This document shows, one piece after another, positions 20,221 through 29,729 of a stretch of 64,000 nt of DNA. Each line of letters opens with the position of its first letter. The stretch's first letter is position 1. The stretch lies in IMG/VR virus record IMGVR_UViG_3300010885_031309. One strand, given 5' to 3'. The DNA comes from a virus (taxonomy: Duplodnaviria; Caudoviricetes). Below the pieces are notes generated by a model. It searched no databases and was not told the DNA's origin. It saw only the letters and a list, made by a program, of their open reading frames with translations. Made by a program: the position numbers and the translations under genes.

Positions 20221-20272
20221 CTCCTTTTGACTATGAATACAGTATATCAGGGTTTGGATTTATTGTCAACTG

Positions 20273-20593
20273 TTAGGCTTTTACCTTCTTCCAGCACTTG
20301 GCCACTTCTTCCCAGCAACCGTGGCTCAAACCAAAGCCCCAACTGTAGGGACCATATTGACAGATGGCTTCAACCTTGAGCACATCGCGGCCTTCGCCGT
20401 AGCAGAAGCAATGATCGCCGATCTTGAGACCGGGCAACTTTTCAACCTCAAAGGTCAACTTGCCGAATTCCTCTTCCAACTTGAGAAATTCAGTCTTGAG
20501 AAACTTGGTGATCTCTCGCTTGTTTTGAAACACAAAAGACGCTTGGAGATTGCCACGCACACGACCTACGAACTTGAACACTGGGTTTGTCAT
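20273..20593 (-). CDS. Early hypothetical protein
   Basis: Own promoter cassette. Confidence 0.75.
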   Translation of the reverse strand: MTNPVFKFVGRVRGNLQASFVFQNKREITKFLKTEFLKLEEEFGKLTFEVEKLPGLKIGDHCFCYGEGRDVLKVEAICQYGPYSWGFGLSHGCWEEVAKCWKKVKA

Positions 20594-20647
20594 TGCTTGC
20601 TACTGTTTTCTAACTTGAATACAGTATAACAAAGAACCGAATTACTG

Positions 20648-21103
20648 TCAAATCGCGGCATCTTCCATACCCGATACGCGAAGACGAACAATATGCCCTA
20701 GCATAAAGTTTTTAGACTCCAGTCCCTTCATAATTCCAAGATAACGATTTCGTAGCAGAGAAACCTCGCCGATTAACAACTCCATGTTGATTACCTCGGT
20801 CTCTCCGTCTACATACTTTTCTGCATCACGACTGGTTAACGCTCGTTGATACCCCTCTAGATACTTTTTGAAGAACTTGCTTTTGGTTTTCTTTAGCTCT
20901 AAATTAAGATAGTTCAACACAGCCTCAATAAGTTGAAGCTGTTGAAATCTGTAATCAGTGATACCTGGTAAAGCCGCAAGATTTTTTTCTATATTTCCCT
21001 TTACGCTAACTTCATGTCGCGCATCTTCTAACTCTTTTTCATAGTGTGAAATAAAATCTGGCAATATTGCCAGATTTTGCGTCAGTTTAGCGTACCAATT
21101 CAT
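20648..21103 (-). CDS. uvsY: Recombination mediator UvsY-like
   Basis: KKYLEGYQRALTSRDAEKYVDGE; adjacent to uvsX. Confidence 0.75.
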   Translation of the reverse strand: MNWYAKLTQNLAILPDFISHYEKELEDARHEVSVKGNIEKNLAALPGITDYRFQQLQLIEAVLNYLNLELKKTKSKFFKKYLEGYQRALTSRDAEKYVDGETEVINMELLIGEVSLLRNRYLGIMKGLESKNFMLGHIVRLRVSGMEDAAI

Positions 21104-21107
21104 TTAA

Positions 21108-21380
21108 TTATTCAGAATAATCATCTTGATCATCAAAATTCAATTCGTCATATTCTTCGTCTGTTTCATAATCATCAGTGGTATCCTCGCTATAAAACTT
21201 TACTGCTTCCATGATATCACTGTCTCCATCAAATTCGTGACGAATATCTTCTAAATCGTAATCGTGTTCCATAAGAATGATGATCAGATTATCTGCCAAT
21301 TGTGATCTGTCTTCTGGGTTGACATAATCACTCATTAAATTCCAAACATCAGAGATTGCTGTTAGTGTTGATTTATTCAT
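21108..21380 (-). CDS. Acidic hypothetical protein
   Basis: 90-aa ORF in the uvsX operon. Confidence 0.75.
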   Translation of the reverse strand: MNKSTLTAISDVWNLMSDYVNPEDRSQLADNLIIILMEHDYDLEDIRHEFDGDSDIMEAVKFYSEDTTDDYETDEEYDELNFDDQDDYSE

Positions 21381-22431
21381 TGATTGCTTCCTCTACAATT
21401 TCAGTATTAGTGACTTTAGTTTCAAATTCCTTCATTACCAAATCCATAATTCCATTTTCGTTTCTATTCCACTCTTTTCTGAAATACTTATGAATTTCTC
21501 CATTATTATCAGTATAAGCGTAGCGATTGCCTTCTTTTTTAATTAACTGTCTTTTTTCAATCAAGTCAAAAAATCCGCTATATGGATTCATCCCCGTTTC
21601 GTAGGGAATCTGAATTTGAATGTCTTCAAACGGTTTAGCGTATCTGGTTTTCATGATCTTGCATCCAGCACGAATACCCAATACATCAGTGACCTTGTTT
21701 CCTTCTTCATCTTCTTTTAATTTCAATTTCTTCATTGCGACCAAAATAGATGATGCATAAACAAATCCTTGTCCGCCGCTGACTACTGGGTCTGGATTAT
21801 ATGGGTCTTGGCTAGCATAAGAATGATTGGTAGCCACTAATCCGATGTTTAGTGAACCGAACATGTTGACACAGTTTCTGACCAAAGACATTAGAGCTTT
21901 TGGTTTTCTACCTAAATCCCCGCGCATGTCGCCACTTTCAAACTGATTCACATCGGTGGGAGTAAGCAACATGCCCAAACTATCAATTACAAACAAAACC
22001 TTTGGACGCTCGCTTTCCGCGAGTGCTTTATAGCTTTTTACGAATTCGGTAATTGTCTTGGCAACATCATCAATCATGCTCATTGATAGACGAAGTAGTT
22101 TGTTCTCGTTAGTGTCTACTCCTAGATTTTTCAACCAACTTTCGTCAAGTGCATTTTCGCTGTCAATCAAAATTACATAAATGCCCTGTTCTTGAGCATT
22201 CTTTACTATGTTACCAGAACAAATGTACGATTTGCCCGCCCCACTTTCTCCAGCAAATACCGTTACCTTTCCTAGCGGGATTCCTTTTTTGAAATCCCCA
22301 GATATCAAATAATTCAGTGCGTAATTTCCAGTGCTGATCCAGTCAGTTGGATCATTGAATCCAATGCTAAGTCCGTCAATAGACTTAGTTATTTCTTTTC
22401 TGAAACGACTAATATCAAATGGCTTTGTCAT
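21373..22431 (-). CDS. uvsX: RecA-like recombinase UvsX
   Basis: ISTGNYALN, AGESGAGKS, IDSENA, VIDSLG and SGGQG motifs. Confidence 0.93.
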   Translation of the reverse strand: MTKPFDISRFRKEITKSIDGLSIGFNDPTDWISTGNYALNYLISGDFKKGIPLGKVTVFAGESGAGKSYICSGNIVKNAQEQGIYVILIDSENALDESWLKNLGVDTNENKLLRLSMSMIDDVAKTITEFVKSYKALAESERPKVLFVIDSLGMLLTPTDVNQFESGDMRGDLGRKPKALMSLVRNCVNMFGSLNIGLVATNHSYASQDPYNPDPVVSGGQGFVYASSILVAMKKLKLKEDEEGNKVTDVLGIRAGCKIMKTRYAKPFEDIQIQIPYETGMNPYSGFFDLIEKRQLIKKEGNRYAYTDNNGEIHKYFRKEWNRNENGIMDLVMKEFETKVTNTEIVEEAINE

Positions 22432-22433
22432 AA

Positions 22434-22673
22434 TTATCTTCCGTTCACTATTTGCTTGTTAGTATAAATGCTGAACGATTGTTTGTCTAATAATTCTGGA
22501 CAACTATTTGCCATTTCTTCAAATTCATAATCGTTTGGATAATGGCGTAATACACCACGAGCACGATCACGCACAATACTTGGAACACGAGGTGTTTTTC
22601 CCGGGTCACATAATTCTTCTAATAGCTTCTTTCCCTGCTTTAGGGAACGAAACCTTTCATCTGGTAAAGTCAT
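22434..22673 (-). CDS. Small conserved-type hypothetical protein (BPSL0761-like)
   Basis: MTLPDERFR...TPRVPSIVRDRARGVLRHYP; GGAG SD. Confidence 0.65.
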   Translation of the reverse strand: MTLPDERFRSLKQGKKLLEELCDPGKTPRVPSIVRDRARGVLRHYPNDYEFEEMANSCPELLDKQSFSIYTNKQIVNGR

Positions 22674-22695
22674 TTTTATTCTCCAAATAATAGAA

Positions 22696-22720
22696 ACAAG
22701 CACTCAGTATGAGTGCTTGT
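22696..22720 (-). terminator. Hairpin/terminator after gp32
   Basis: ACAAGCACTCA-GTA-TGAGTGCTTGT, 11-bp stem. Confidence 0.65.
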
Positions 22721-22732
22721 GTGCTTACTGAT

Positions 22733-23785
22733 TTAAGCTGCCTTGTTTTGACGACTGCGAATTAGTGCCAAAATATCTTGTGCCTTTTCGCTGGTTTGTT
22801 TAGCTGGAACTTTTACTTCAGTTGTAGCAGTCTCTTCCCAAGGAGGAGTATCATCTGAAGTTGGCTTTACAACTGACTTTGAAGATACAGCAACAGAAAC
22901 TGGCTTAGACTTAGTTGTACTAACTGTTTCATCATAGTCTGCTGCTTCAGCATCTTCTGAAGAACCACTAGATTGTAGTCCCCATGGCTTGTAATACGCT
23001 GCCCACTTGTCTGGGTCATACATACGACCATCAACAGATGCTTCAAACATGTCCTTCATAATGCGAAGTTCGCTTTCGCTTGGCTTCTTAGGCAAGAAAT
23101 CCTTTAGATTATACAAACCATATGCCTCAACTGCTGCTTGTTCTGCTTCAGTAAGTGCAGTAGGACCCTTCATAAATGACCAATCACTGGTAGACCAATC
23201 TGCGTAACCACCGGGATTCTTTGAACGAATGACCTTAAAGTCTAGACCCTGATTGAAGTCACTTGGCATGACATTAAAGTCTGGATCCAGCAAACTCTTT
23301 TTGATGTTCTTAAAGATTTGTGGTGTGATGATCAAGCGACGAATTGGATTCTCCGGCGTCTCATCTTCTGATAGCCCATTCTGACGAACAAAACCCTGTA
23401 GTAGATAGCTACGCTTCTTCCAATACTTATTGGCCGTTTCTTTTAGACTTTCATCCTTATACCAAGTACGAACTTCTGCAAGAATTGGACACTTTTCGGT
23501 GTCACCGTACATTTCCACGCATGGAACCTGTACAACCACTTCCTTGTTTTCATTTTGACCCTTGATGCCAGCAAATGGCAACTTAATCATTTGACGCTCT
23601 ACCCAGAAATATACATTATCCGAATCGGCATCTGGAAGAAAACGAATAGTGGAACTTGCGCCCTCAGGTAAATTCCAATGAGCATAAATTGACCTATCCC
23701 CATTAACCTTTTGAGACTGTTGTTGATTTTGTTGTGAACGATTTTCTTGTGCCTGTAGTTTGGCACGCAATGCTGCTAGTGACAT
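22733..23785 (-). CDS. gp32: Single-stranded DNA-binding protein
   Basis: TIRFLPD, VPCVEMYG..CPIL, KYWKKRSY, GLDFKV and YADWSTS motifs; AAGGAG SD. Confidence 0.88.
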   Translation of the reverse strand: MSLAALRAKLQAQENRSQQNQQQSQKVNGDRSIYAHWNLPEGASSTIRFLPDADSDNVYFWVERQMIKLPFAGIKGQNENKEVVVQVPCVEMYGDTEKCPILAEVRTWYKDESLKETANKYWKKRSYLLQGFVRQNGLSEDETPENPIRRLIITPQIFKNIKKSLLDPDFNVMPSDFNQGLDFKVIRSKNPGGYADWSTSDWSFMKGPTALTEAEQAAVEAYGLYNLKDFLPKKPSESELRIMKDMFEASVDGRMYDPDKWAAYYKPWGLQSSGSSEDAEAADYDETVSTTKSKPVSVAVSSKSVVKPTSDDTPPWEETATTEVKVPAKQTSEKAQDILALIRSRQNKAA

Positions 23786-23944
23786 TTTTATCTCCTTTCA
23801 AATTGTAAAAAAGTGTACTATAAACCAAGATATAAAGTGTAGTTGTCGGAGACAACATGACTTATGAATAAAGTATAAGTTACTTTCTTCACTTGTCAAT
23901 ATATATTTATGCCGTTTTGGTAAAACTGAGGGTTTTATTGAAAT

Positions 23945-25933
23945 TTAACGATGGCCCATAAAACGACGCAGAGACATCATTTCTCGTTGATAATCGTGAT
24001 CCTGTTCTTCAGAAGATATAATTTCATTTGGTGCCGCTGATAGTGGACTCAAACTTCCGCCTCCAAAATAATTGGGATTATCGGCTTCAGCGAGTCCGCC
24101 CAACACTCGGTCCAAAATTTCTTTGGTCTTTTTCGGGGCTTTTCCTAATGGATACAGATCATGTATGATGCTAGTTTTATCTTCATCGTCAGCAGCAGTA
24201 TACATATTGCGTATCTTGCTAGCACTGTCTATTACTTGTCCATTTATCTCAAAATCTATTTTTGGAACTATATAGATGTAACCATGTTTGTTCATTGGCT
24301 GATCTGACGAATCGATATATCGCTGAAAGTAGCTGGGACTTCCATCTTTCTTTGGAGCAAAGTTAAAGCGATCACTGTCCTTTTCACTAACGGCAAACAC
24401 TAGCAGTGTGTTGCTGGAATCATATTGCTTTGTAATTTCTTCCGCTTTGTATGGGCTCTTTACTTGTACAAATCTGTCTTTTGGAACACCACTTTGATTG
24501 GCCAAAAATTTCTTGTCTTCAAAACCAAATGGACGCTCTGTTTTAGAATCAGTTGCAGCAACAAATACTTCCCCATCTGAAAACTTATGTGCTAAGTGAT
24601 CAAATACGCTTGCGTGTCCTAAATGAAATGGATGAAAACCGCCTGGGTAAATCACAAGAGTTTGTTTAGTACTATTATCTTCTCGTAGTTGCTGCGATTG
24701 CTGCTGTTTTTTCAATCTAGCTTGTGCATTTTGAGCACTAAACTTAAGACGATCCACTATTTTTATTCCTCCAATTACAAATCCCTCTTGACTTGAGATT
24801 GGCTTTTCATTTGGTCTTAGCGGTTTTAGATATCCCTGTAGTGGACTCTGCTGCACTGCCGTGTTTAAGTCCGGAAGCAAACTTAGTTTATATCTATATA
24901 CAGCAATCCAATTTTTCCAAATCTTGCTTATTATTTCTCTATTTTGTTCGTAGTAATTAATAAGAGCTTCGTATTTTTTTCTGGATATTTTACCACCCGT
25001 TAATTGATTATCTAAACGAAGTTTATATGACTTGTCAAAATTCGTGTCTAGTGTTTCTGCTTTCAGCACTCTTCTGTTAATCAGATCATTTACATAAACG
25101 GTAAATCTATTAGCAAACGCTGATGCAGATTCTGGGGCACTTAAAATAAATTGATTTATTGCTTGCTCATCATTTAATGTAGCGACGGCTGCTGCTTGCA
25201 ATTGTTTATTAACGCCAACGGTGGGAGTGATTGGCATGCGAACTGGTAGTAGAGCTACATTTCCTCTTCTGCGTAATTTTCCTAATCCGGATAGCCATGT
25301 AACACGATCTTCTGTATTTTTAGCATCTGGTGGTAATACTCTGTGAATTGCTATTCCAGCTACTTTGTTTCCTATGTAATCTCCCCAATCACTATTAACT
25401 GGTACTTCGTACATTAATCCTTCTGGGTTGGCTTGAAATTGATAAAAATCAGCGTCCCCTGATTTTGTTCTTTTTCTTACAGTATTCAATGGTTTACTTG
25501 GATAGTAAATCAAATCTCCCATATACCAGCCCTGAGCACCAGTATAACTAGCCTCTAATGATTTCCACAGTGTAGCAACAGTGTTGGATAAATCTGTTCT
25601 TTCTTTTTCGCCACGGGCTTTTTCTCGTTGAGCAAATTCTTGTGGACTATGTATTTGTCTTTTCTGTTGATCGGTACTATTAAACATGTGCTTGTCAAGT
25701 ATAGCAAAACGACCATCTGGTCCAGAACCAAATATTAGTGCTGGCCATCCGTCTATTTTTATAGTGACTTGTTCCGGATTAGTAGCTACACTATTTAATG
25801 CTGCAATTGCCTTTGAGAGTGAAGTATATTCTGGAGCTAATGCGCCCCAAATGACCATGTCCTCTGGGTGATCCATGTGCCCAGCGGCTTCTGTCAATAT
25901 TCTTGTCTCTGAAAGCAGTTCTTTTACAAGCAT
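23945..25933 (-). CDS. Two-domain protein: N-terminal KxDG ligase-like domain plus HxGH (cytidylyl/adenylyl-transferase) domain
   Basis: GHMDHPED...TIKIDGWPALIFG; YPGGFHPFHLGH; VKSPY; SASKIR. Confidence 0.7.
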   Translation of the reverse strand: MLVKELLSETRILTEAAGHMDHPEDMVIWGALAPEYTSLSKAIAALNSVATNPEQVTIKIDGWPALIFGSGPDGRFAILDKHMFNSTDQQKRQIHSPQEFAQREKARGEKERTDLSNTVATLWKSLEASYTGAQGWYMGDLIYYPSKPLNTVRKRTKSGDADFYQFQANPEGLMYEVPVNSDWGDYIGNKVAGIAIHRVLPPDAKNTEDRVTWLSGLGKLRRRGNVALLPVRMPITPTVGVNKQLQAAAVATLNDEQAINQFILSAPESASAFANRFTVYVNDLINRRVLKAETLDTNFDKSYKLRLDNQLTGGKISRKKYEALINYYEQNREIISKIWKNWIAVYRYKLSLLPDLNTAVQQSPLQGYLKPLRPNEKPISSQEGFVIGGIKIVDRLKFSAQNAQARLKKQQQSQQLREDNSTKQTLVIYPGGFHPFHLGHASVFDHLAHKFSDGEVFVAATDSKTERPFGFEDKKFLANQSGVPKDRFVQVKSPYKAEEITKQYDSSNTLLVFAVSEKDSDRFNFAPKKDGSPSYFQRYIDSSDQPMNKHGYIYIVPKIDFEINGQVIDSASKIRNMYTAADDEDKTSIIHDLYPLGKAPKKTKEILDRVLGGLAEADNPNYFGGGSLSPLSAAPNEIISSEEQDHDYQREMMSLRRFMGHR

Positions 25934-27451
25934 TTACTTTATCCAACGGACAACTTGTTCGCCAATAATATCGTCAAAAGCTTTTTCTATTGCTTCGTTA
26001 AAAGATTTTTGTTTAGCAGAAAAAAACAATTCCTTTGGTTCAAACCAATCTGCATTTCCATGCAGAGCAGATTTTATATTAACAGTTGATATTTCGTCGT
26101 CTGTTTTCGGTATTTTTTTAAGACTTGAGAAAGATACAGCAGTAATTAATTTTTTAACAATATATTTAATGAAATGTCGTTCAAATCCACTAAGTTTCTT
26201 TGACTGAGTAATGCCTTCAATTCTAGCTACTATTTTACTGTACACATCATATAATATTTTATTAAACATTTCATCTGACAGTGCTAGTTTCAACTCTGCT
26301 ATCTGTTTTTTAGTTTCAAAATCTGTTGTATTAATTGCGTTATTCATTTCCTTTTCAGCAAGCAATTGATTGTTTAAAAATGCATCGCGCTGTATTGAAG
26401 GAAGTGGGCCCAATTCTTCATTTGTTTGTGTATTCATTTCTTCTTTTAACTCCTCAAAGTCATCATAATCAGATCCTCCACTCAGTGAATTAATACTGTT
26501 ATATAATTTATTAATTGCATTAAATGTCTGAGTGATGTTTTGATCCTGTATGTCATCAACTAGTTCTATGTCGTCAATTTTGTCTTTAATTGTCGGAAGA
26601 TCTGTATTTAAAAAATTCTTAATAAGAGTATGAGCCTGTTTGCTTCTAGCTTGAACAGCTTGTCTATATTTTTTGGTTTTTTCTTTAATTTCTTTGTCTA
26701 CTGTATTTTTTATTTCGGCAGAAAGAGTTTTTTCTTTTTGTTCTAATTCTTGTTGTCTCTTTTCCAGTCCTGCAACTTTAGAAGCAATATCACCGCGCTG
26801 TGCTCTTATATCCTGTTGTTGTAATTCTAATCTGTTAGAAATAGTTGATATCTGTTGTAACTGTTGTTTTTCAATTTCTTGTTTAGTAGTTAATTTGTAT
26901 AGCTGATCTGTAAATGTCTTAAATTCTTCTGGATCAATCCTGGATTGATTTTGAGATACTGACTCTAATTTTTTCTTAAGTTCCTCGTACCTTTCTTGGC
27001 TCATTCCTGGTTTGTTTTTTAATTCTTCTACTTGAGCTAGTGCATTCTCAATATCACGAGTACTAATCTTTCGTTGTTCAATATTGGAAGATAGTTGTCC
27101 GCTCAGTGCTTTTAAGCGATTAATTTCAGAATCCGTTTTTTGCCCAGATGTTTCTACCTTTTCTATTTCTTGTTGCAGATTGCTTAAATTAGATTGTAGT
27201 TTTTCATTCTCTTTTCGTTGAGTGTTTATTATTTTGTTCTGTTGTAGATCGCGCTTGTCAAAATCTTCTAATTTATCAGCCAAAAATAAACCCAATGCTT
27301 GCTGTGCATTTCTGTCAGGATAATTTTTTGAAGCTTGATAAAAAATATCTCGCTCTCTGGAAATCTCCTTTGTCTTGGGATTTGATTTATCATCAACTGC
27401 GGCTTCACATATATTCTCGGCCCATGATTCAAATTCTTTCAGTTGCTTCAT
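25934..27451 (-). CDS. Coiled-coil hypothetical protein
   Basis: 505 aa, Q/E/K-rich heptads. Confidence 0.75.
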   Translation of the reverse strand: MKQLKEFESWAENICEAAVDDKSNPKTKEISRERDIFYQASKNYPDRNAQQALGLFLADKLEDFDKRDLQQNKIINTQRKENEKLQSNLSNLQQEIEKVETSGQKTDSEINRLKALSGQLSSNIEQRKISTRDIENALAQVEELKNKPGMSQERYEELKKKLESVSQNQSRIDPEEFKTFTDQLYKLTTKQEIEKQQLQQISTISNRLELQQQDIRAQRGDIASKVAGLEKRQQELEQKEKTLSAEIKNTVDKEIKEKTKKYRQAVQARSKQAHTLIKNFLNTDLPTIKDKIDDIELVDDIQDQNITQTFNAINKLYNSINSLSGGSDYDDFEELKEEMNTQTNEELGPLPSIQRDAFLNNQLLAEKEMNNAINTTDFETKKQIAELKLALSDEMFNKILYDVYSKIVARIEGITQSKKLSGFERHFIKYIVKKLITAVSFSSLKKIPKTDDEISTVNIKSALHGNADWFEPKELFFSAKQKSFNEAIEKAFDDIIGEQVVRWIK

Positions 27452-27460
27452 AATTAAACC

Positions 27461-28918
27461 TTATTTCTGAATGCCACTTAATTTACGAATTCTACTCAAT
27501 TCAATATTTTCCTCTAGTGGAGGAGCTTCTGGCAAATTACCACTCGCTGAAGCACCTGGTGTCAGTGATGATGTTTTAGTAGCGTTTGGCGGAATATCTT
27601 TAACCGCATTCTGTTTGTCTTTATTAGATTTTGGTGCTATCTTAGATGCGAGCTGAGATTTTTCATCCGCTGATGTTGAGTTAGTATCAGCTTTCTTTTC
27701 TTCTATTCCATCCAATACCTTGCGAAGATTTTCATTATCTGGTTGCTCTTTCATCCATGCAATAATTATTGTTTTTGCATCTGTGTCGGGATTTCCAGAT
27801 GCATTCTTCAATCTATTGAAAAGAACACTATCTTCAATATAGTCTTTAATTTGTCCTATAGCATTTGTGGCATCTGGACCCAAAAATAGCGGATCACTTT
27901 GATCTGACAACAGTTGTATTAATTCTTCTATATCACCAGGCTGTGTTGGAATTAAGTCCTCATCTAACAAATCAACATCACTGTCAACATCTTCAATGAT
28001 TGAATTATTCAACTTTAATCTATTAAGAACTGGAAGTGCAGATTCTATTCTTGGGTCCAATCTCTGCTGCGTAAATAACTCAGCAACCACGTTGTCTGAG
28101 TTCTCTTCCATCAATGTTGGAGTCCAGTTTTCAAAATAATCTCTATACCCTCTGCTACTACGCAATTTTTTCATTGTTTCCCGAAGATCTAGGTAACGGC
28201 CTGCGGCCTCATGAATGATGACATCAACACTTTCATTAAATTGATTGTTTCTAGTCGCTCTTAAAAACCCACCCAATTTTTTAATGTCTTCACACATCTG
28301 AGCTATGTGCTTGCCGCGCTCATCATATGGATTACCTCCATCTGCTATATGTCTTGCAAATACATATCCCTCGCTAGGCTTTTTAGTAGGCAAAACAAAT
28401 CGTTCACCCAATTGATTTTCAACAAATATTTGCTCTACATGTCTAAATCGTTGATCGTTTTCTTCAATAGTCTTGTTATGACGAATAAACATCTTTACAG
28501 TTGATGGCGTGGAATTACTGTAGCTTGTGTGTTTATTTCCGTAATAGCCTTCATTTAAGTTTTCATTAAATTCTCTTCTTGCCAAATACTCGTCGTATTT
28601 GTCTATTGCGTCCACTTTGAAATTTTTTATACCACTTTGTCCGATAAATTTATTTTTTATTTCCTCAAGAAATTTAGCCCATGATGACATTACTGGGTTA
28701 ACTGCCTGCTTGCTGAAAAAAATTATTAATGTTGAATTGTCAATAGAAGCAATAAAGGTTCCATATTCTTTATTATTGACCTTGAATGTAAAATTAAATG
28801 CTTTTGCTAGTTGAGTGTCAACAGATTTGCCAACACCACTGGTGCTAATTGGATTAAATCCCTTAGCATCCAAAAAGTCATACAATTCTAAATTTTTAGT
28901 TTCATTTGATGGTGGCAT
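27461..28918 (-). CDS. Hypothetical late/virion protein
   Basis: 485 aa; late promoter at 28939-28945; ends ELSRIRKLSGIQK. Confidence 0.75.
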   Translation of the reverse strand: MPPSNETKNLELYDFLDAKGFNPISTSGVGKSVDTQLAKAFNFTFKVNNKEYGTFIASIDNSTLIIFFSKQAVNPVMSSWAKFLEEIKNKFIGQSGIKNFKVDAIDKYDEYLARREFNENLNEGYYGNKHTSYSNSTPSTVKMFIRHNKTIEENDQRFRHVEQIFVENQLGERFVLPTKKPSEGYVFARHIADGGNPYDERGKHIAQMCEDIKKLGGFLRATRNNQFNESVDVIIHEAAGRYLDLRETMKKLRSSRGYRDYFENWTPTLMEENSDNVVAELFTQQRLDPRIESALPVLNRLKLNNSIIEDVDSDVDLLDEDLIPTQPGDIEELIQLLSDQSDPLFLGPDATNAIGQIKDYIEDSVLFNRLKNASGNPDTDAKTIIIAWMKEQPDNENLRKVLDGIEEKKADTNSTSADEKSQLASKIAPKSNKDKQNAVKDIPPNATKTSSLTPGASASGNLPEAPPLEENIELSRIRKLSGIQK

Positions 28919-28963
28919 TTTTTTATCCGATTATAGTGTATTTATCTGTTTTAAGATTAAATG

Positions 28964-29722
28964 TTATTGATTTGAAATGTCTGGGACACTTCTACTGTCA
29001 AACAACTGTCTTACATCACCCACTGTGTAGTAGTCTTTTCCTTTTTGTCTGAATACTGGGTTTTGCATCCACATGCGTGATCTGGTAATAGATACATCTT
29101 TTAATATACGAGAATTTGCTATTTTTCTTAGTCTAGCATCTTTAGTATGTGGGTTAATAGCTAAGATATGATCATCTGTTAACGATCTCTTGACTGCTGC
29201 TGGAAATAGTGTCATTAAATATATGTCACTTGCTTTACTGCCTGGAGGCAATTTTTTTACTTTATAGTATTTGTAAACAAAATCAAGCTGTTCAACTGCG
29301 CTCATGCTTCTTAGTAATTCGGTTGTTGTGCCTAAAAATTCCGCAGTTTTTGGCATAAATTGTATAAGACCAGTTGCTCCTATACTATTTGTTTTAGCTG
29401 GATCTAATGTACCTTTAGTTTCAAACCACATAACCTTTAATAAATCCTGAGGATGAACTTGCAACGACTGAGCAACCTGTCTTAATTTTTGTTTAAATTT
29501 GTCGCCTGTTGTCGCTGCTTGTTCAGGATAGCGATTTTGTAAATTCTGAACTTCTTGGCTAGTTGAATATTCTTGTTCGGGCGCAGTGTTATTTTGATAA
29601 TATTTGTAGGCTGCTCCGCCTAAACCAACGCCAGCGGCTAGCGCTGCTGCGCCAAGTTTGCTCTTCCAATCTTCATCTAATTGATTTGAATGATTGTCAA
29701 TCGTTATTTCTTTAATAAGCAT
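28964..29722 (-). CDS. Lytic transglycosylase (SLT-like) with an N-terminal hydrophobic segment
   Basis: VMWFETKG...GATGLIQFMPKTA...EQLDFV; LGAAALAAGVGLGGAAY. Confidence 0.8.
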   Translation of the reverse strand: MLIKEITIDNHSNQLDEDWKSKLGAAALAAGVGLGGAAYKYYQNNTAPEQEYSTSQEVQNLQNRYPEQAATTGDKFKQKLRQVAQSLQVHPQDLLKVMWFETKGTLDPAKTNSIGATGLIQFMPKTAEFLGTTTELLRSMSAVEQLDFVYKYYKVKKLPPGSKASDIYLMTLFPAAVKRSLTDDHILAINPHTKDARLRKIANSRILKDVSITRSRMWMQNPVFRQKGKDYYTVGDVRQLFDSRSVPDISNQ

Positions 29723-29729
29723 CTAGTAT

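Larger units (their letters stand above)
18190..20655 (-). repeat. Five dispersed near-identical early promoter cassettes TTGACA(A/G)TAA(A/T)TC..-17-TATACT
   Basis: -10 to -35 spans at 18204-18232, 18500-18528, 18996-19024, 20241-20269 and 20623-20651; every spacer is 17 nt. Confidence 0.92.

Noticed and set aside
17045-20629. Long plus-strand and alternate-frame ORFs (e.g. 17058-17645, 17766-18176, 18061-18495, 18922-19392, 19717-20136)
   Set aside because: They are shadows of well-supported minus-strand genes; the higher GC lowers stop frequency, and they lack promoters or SDs.
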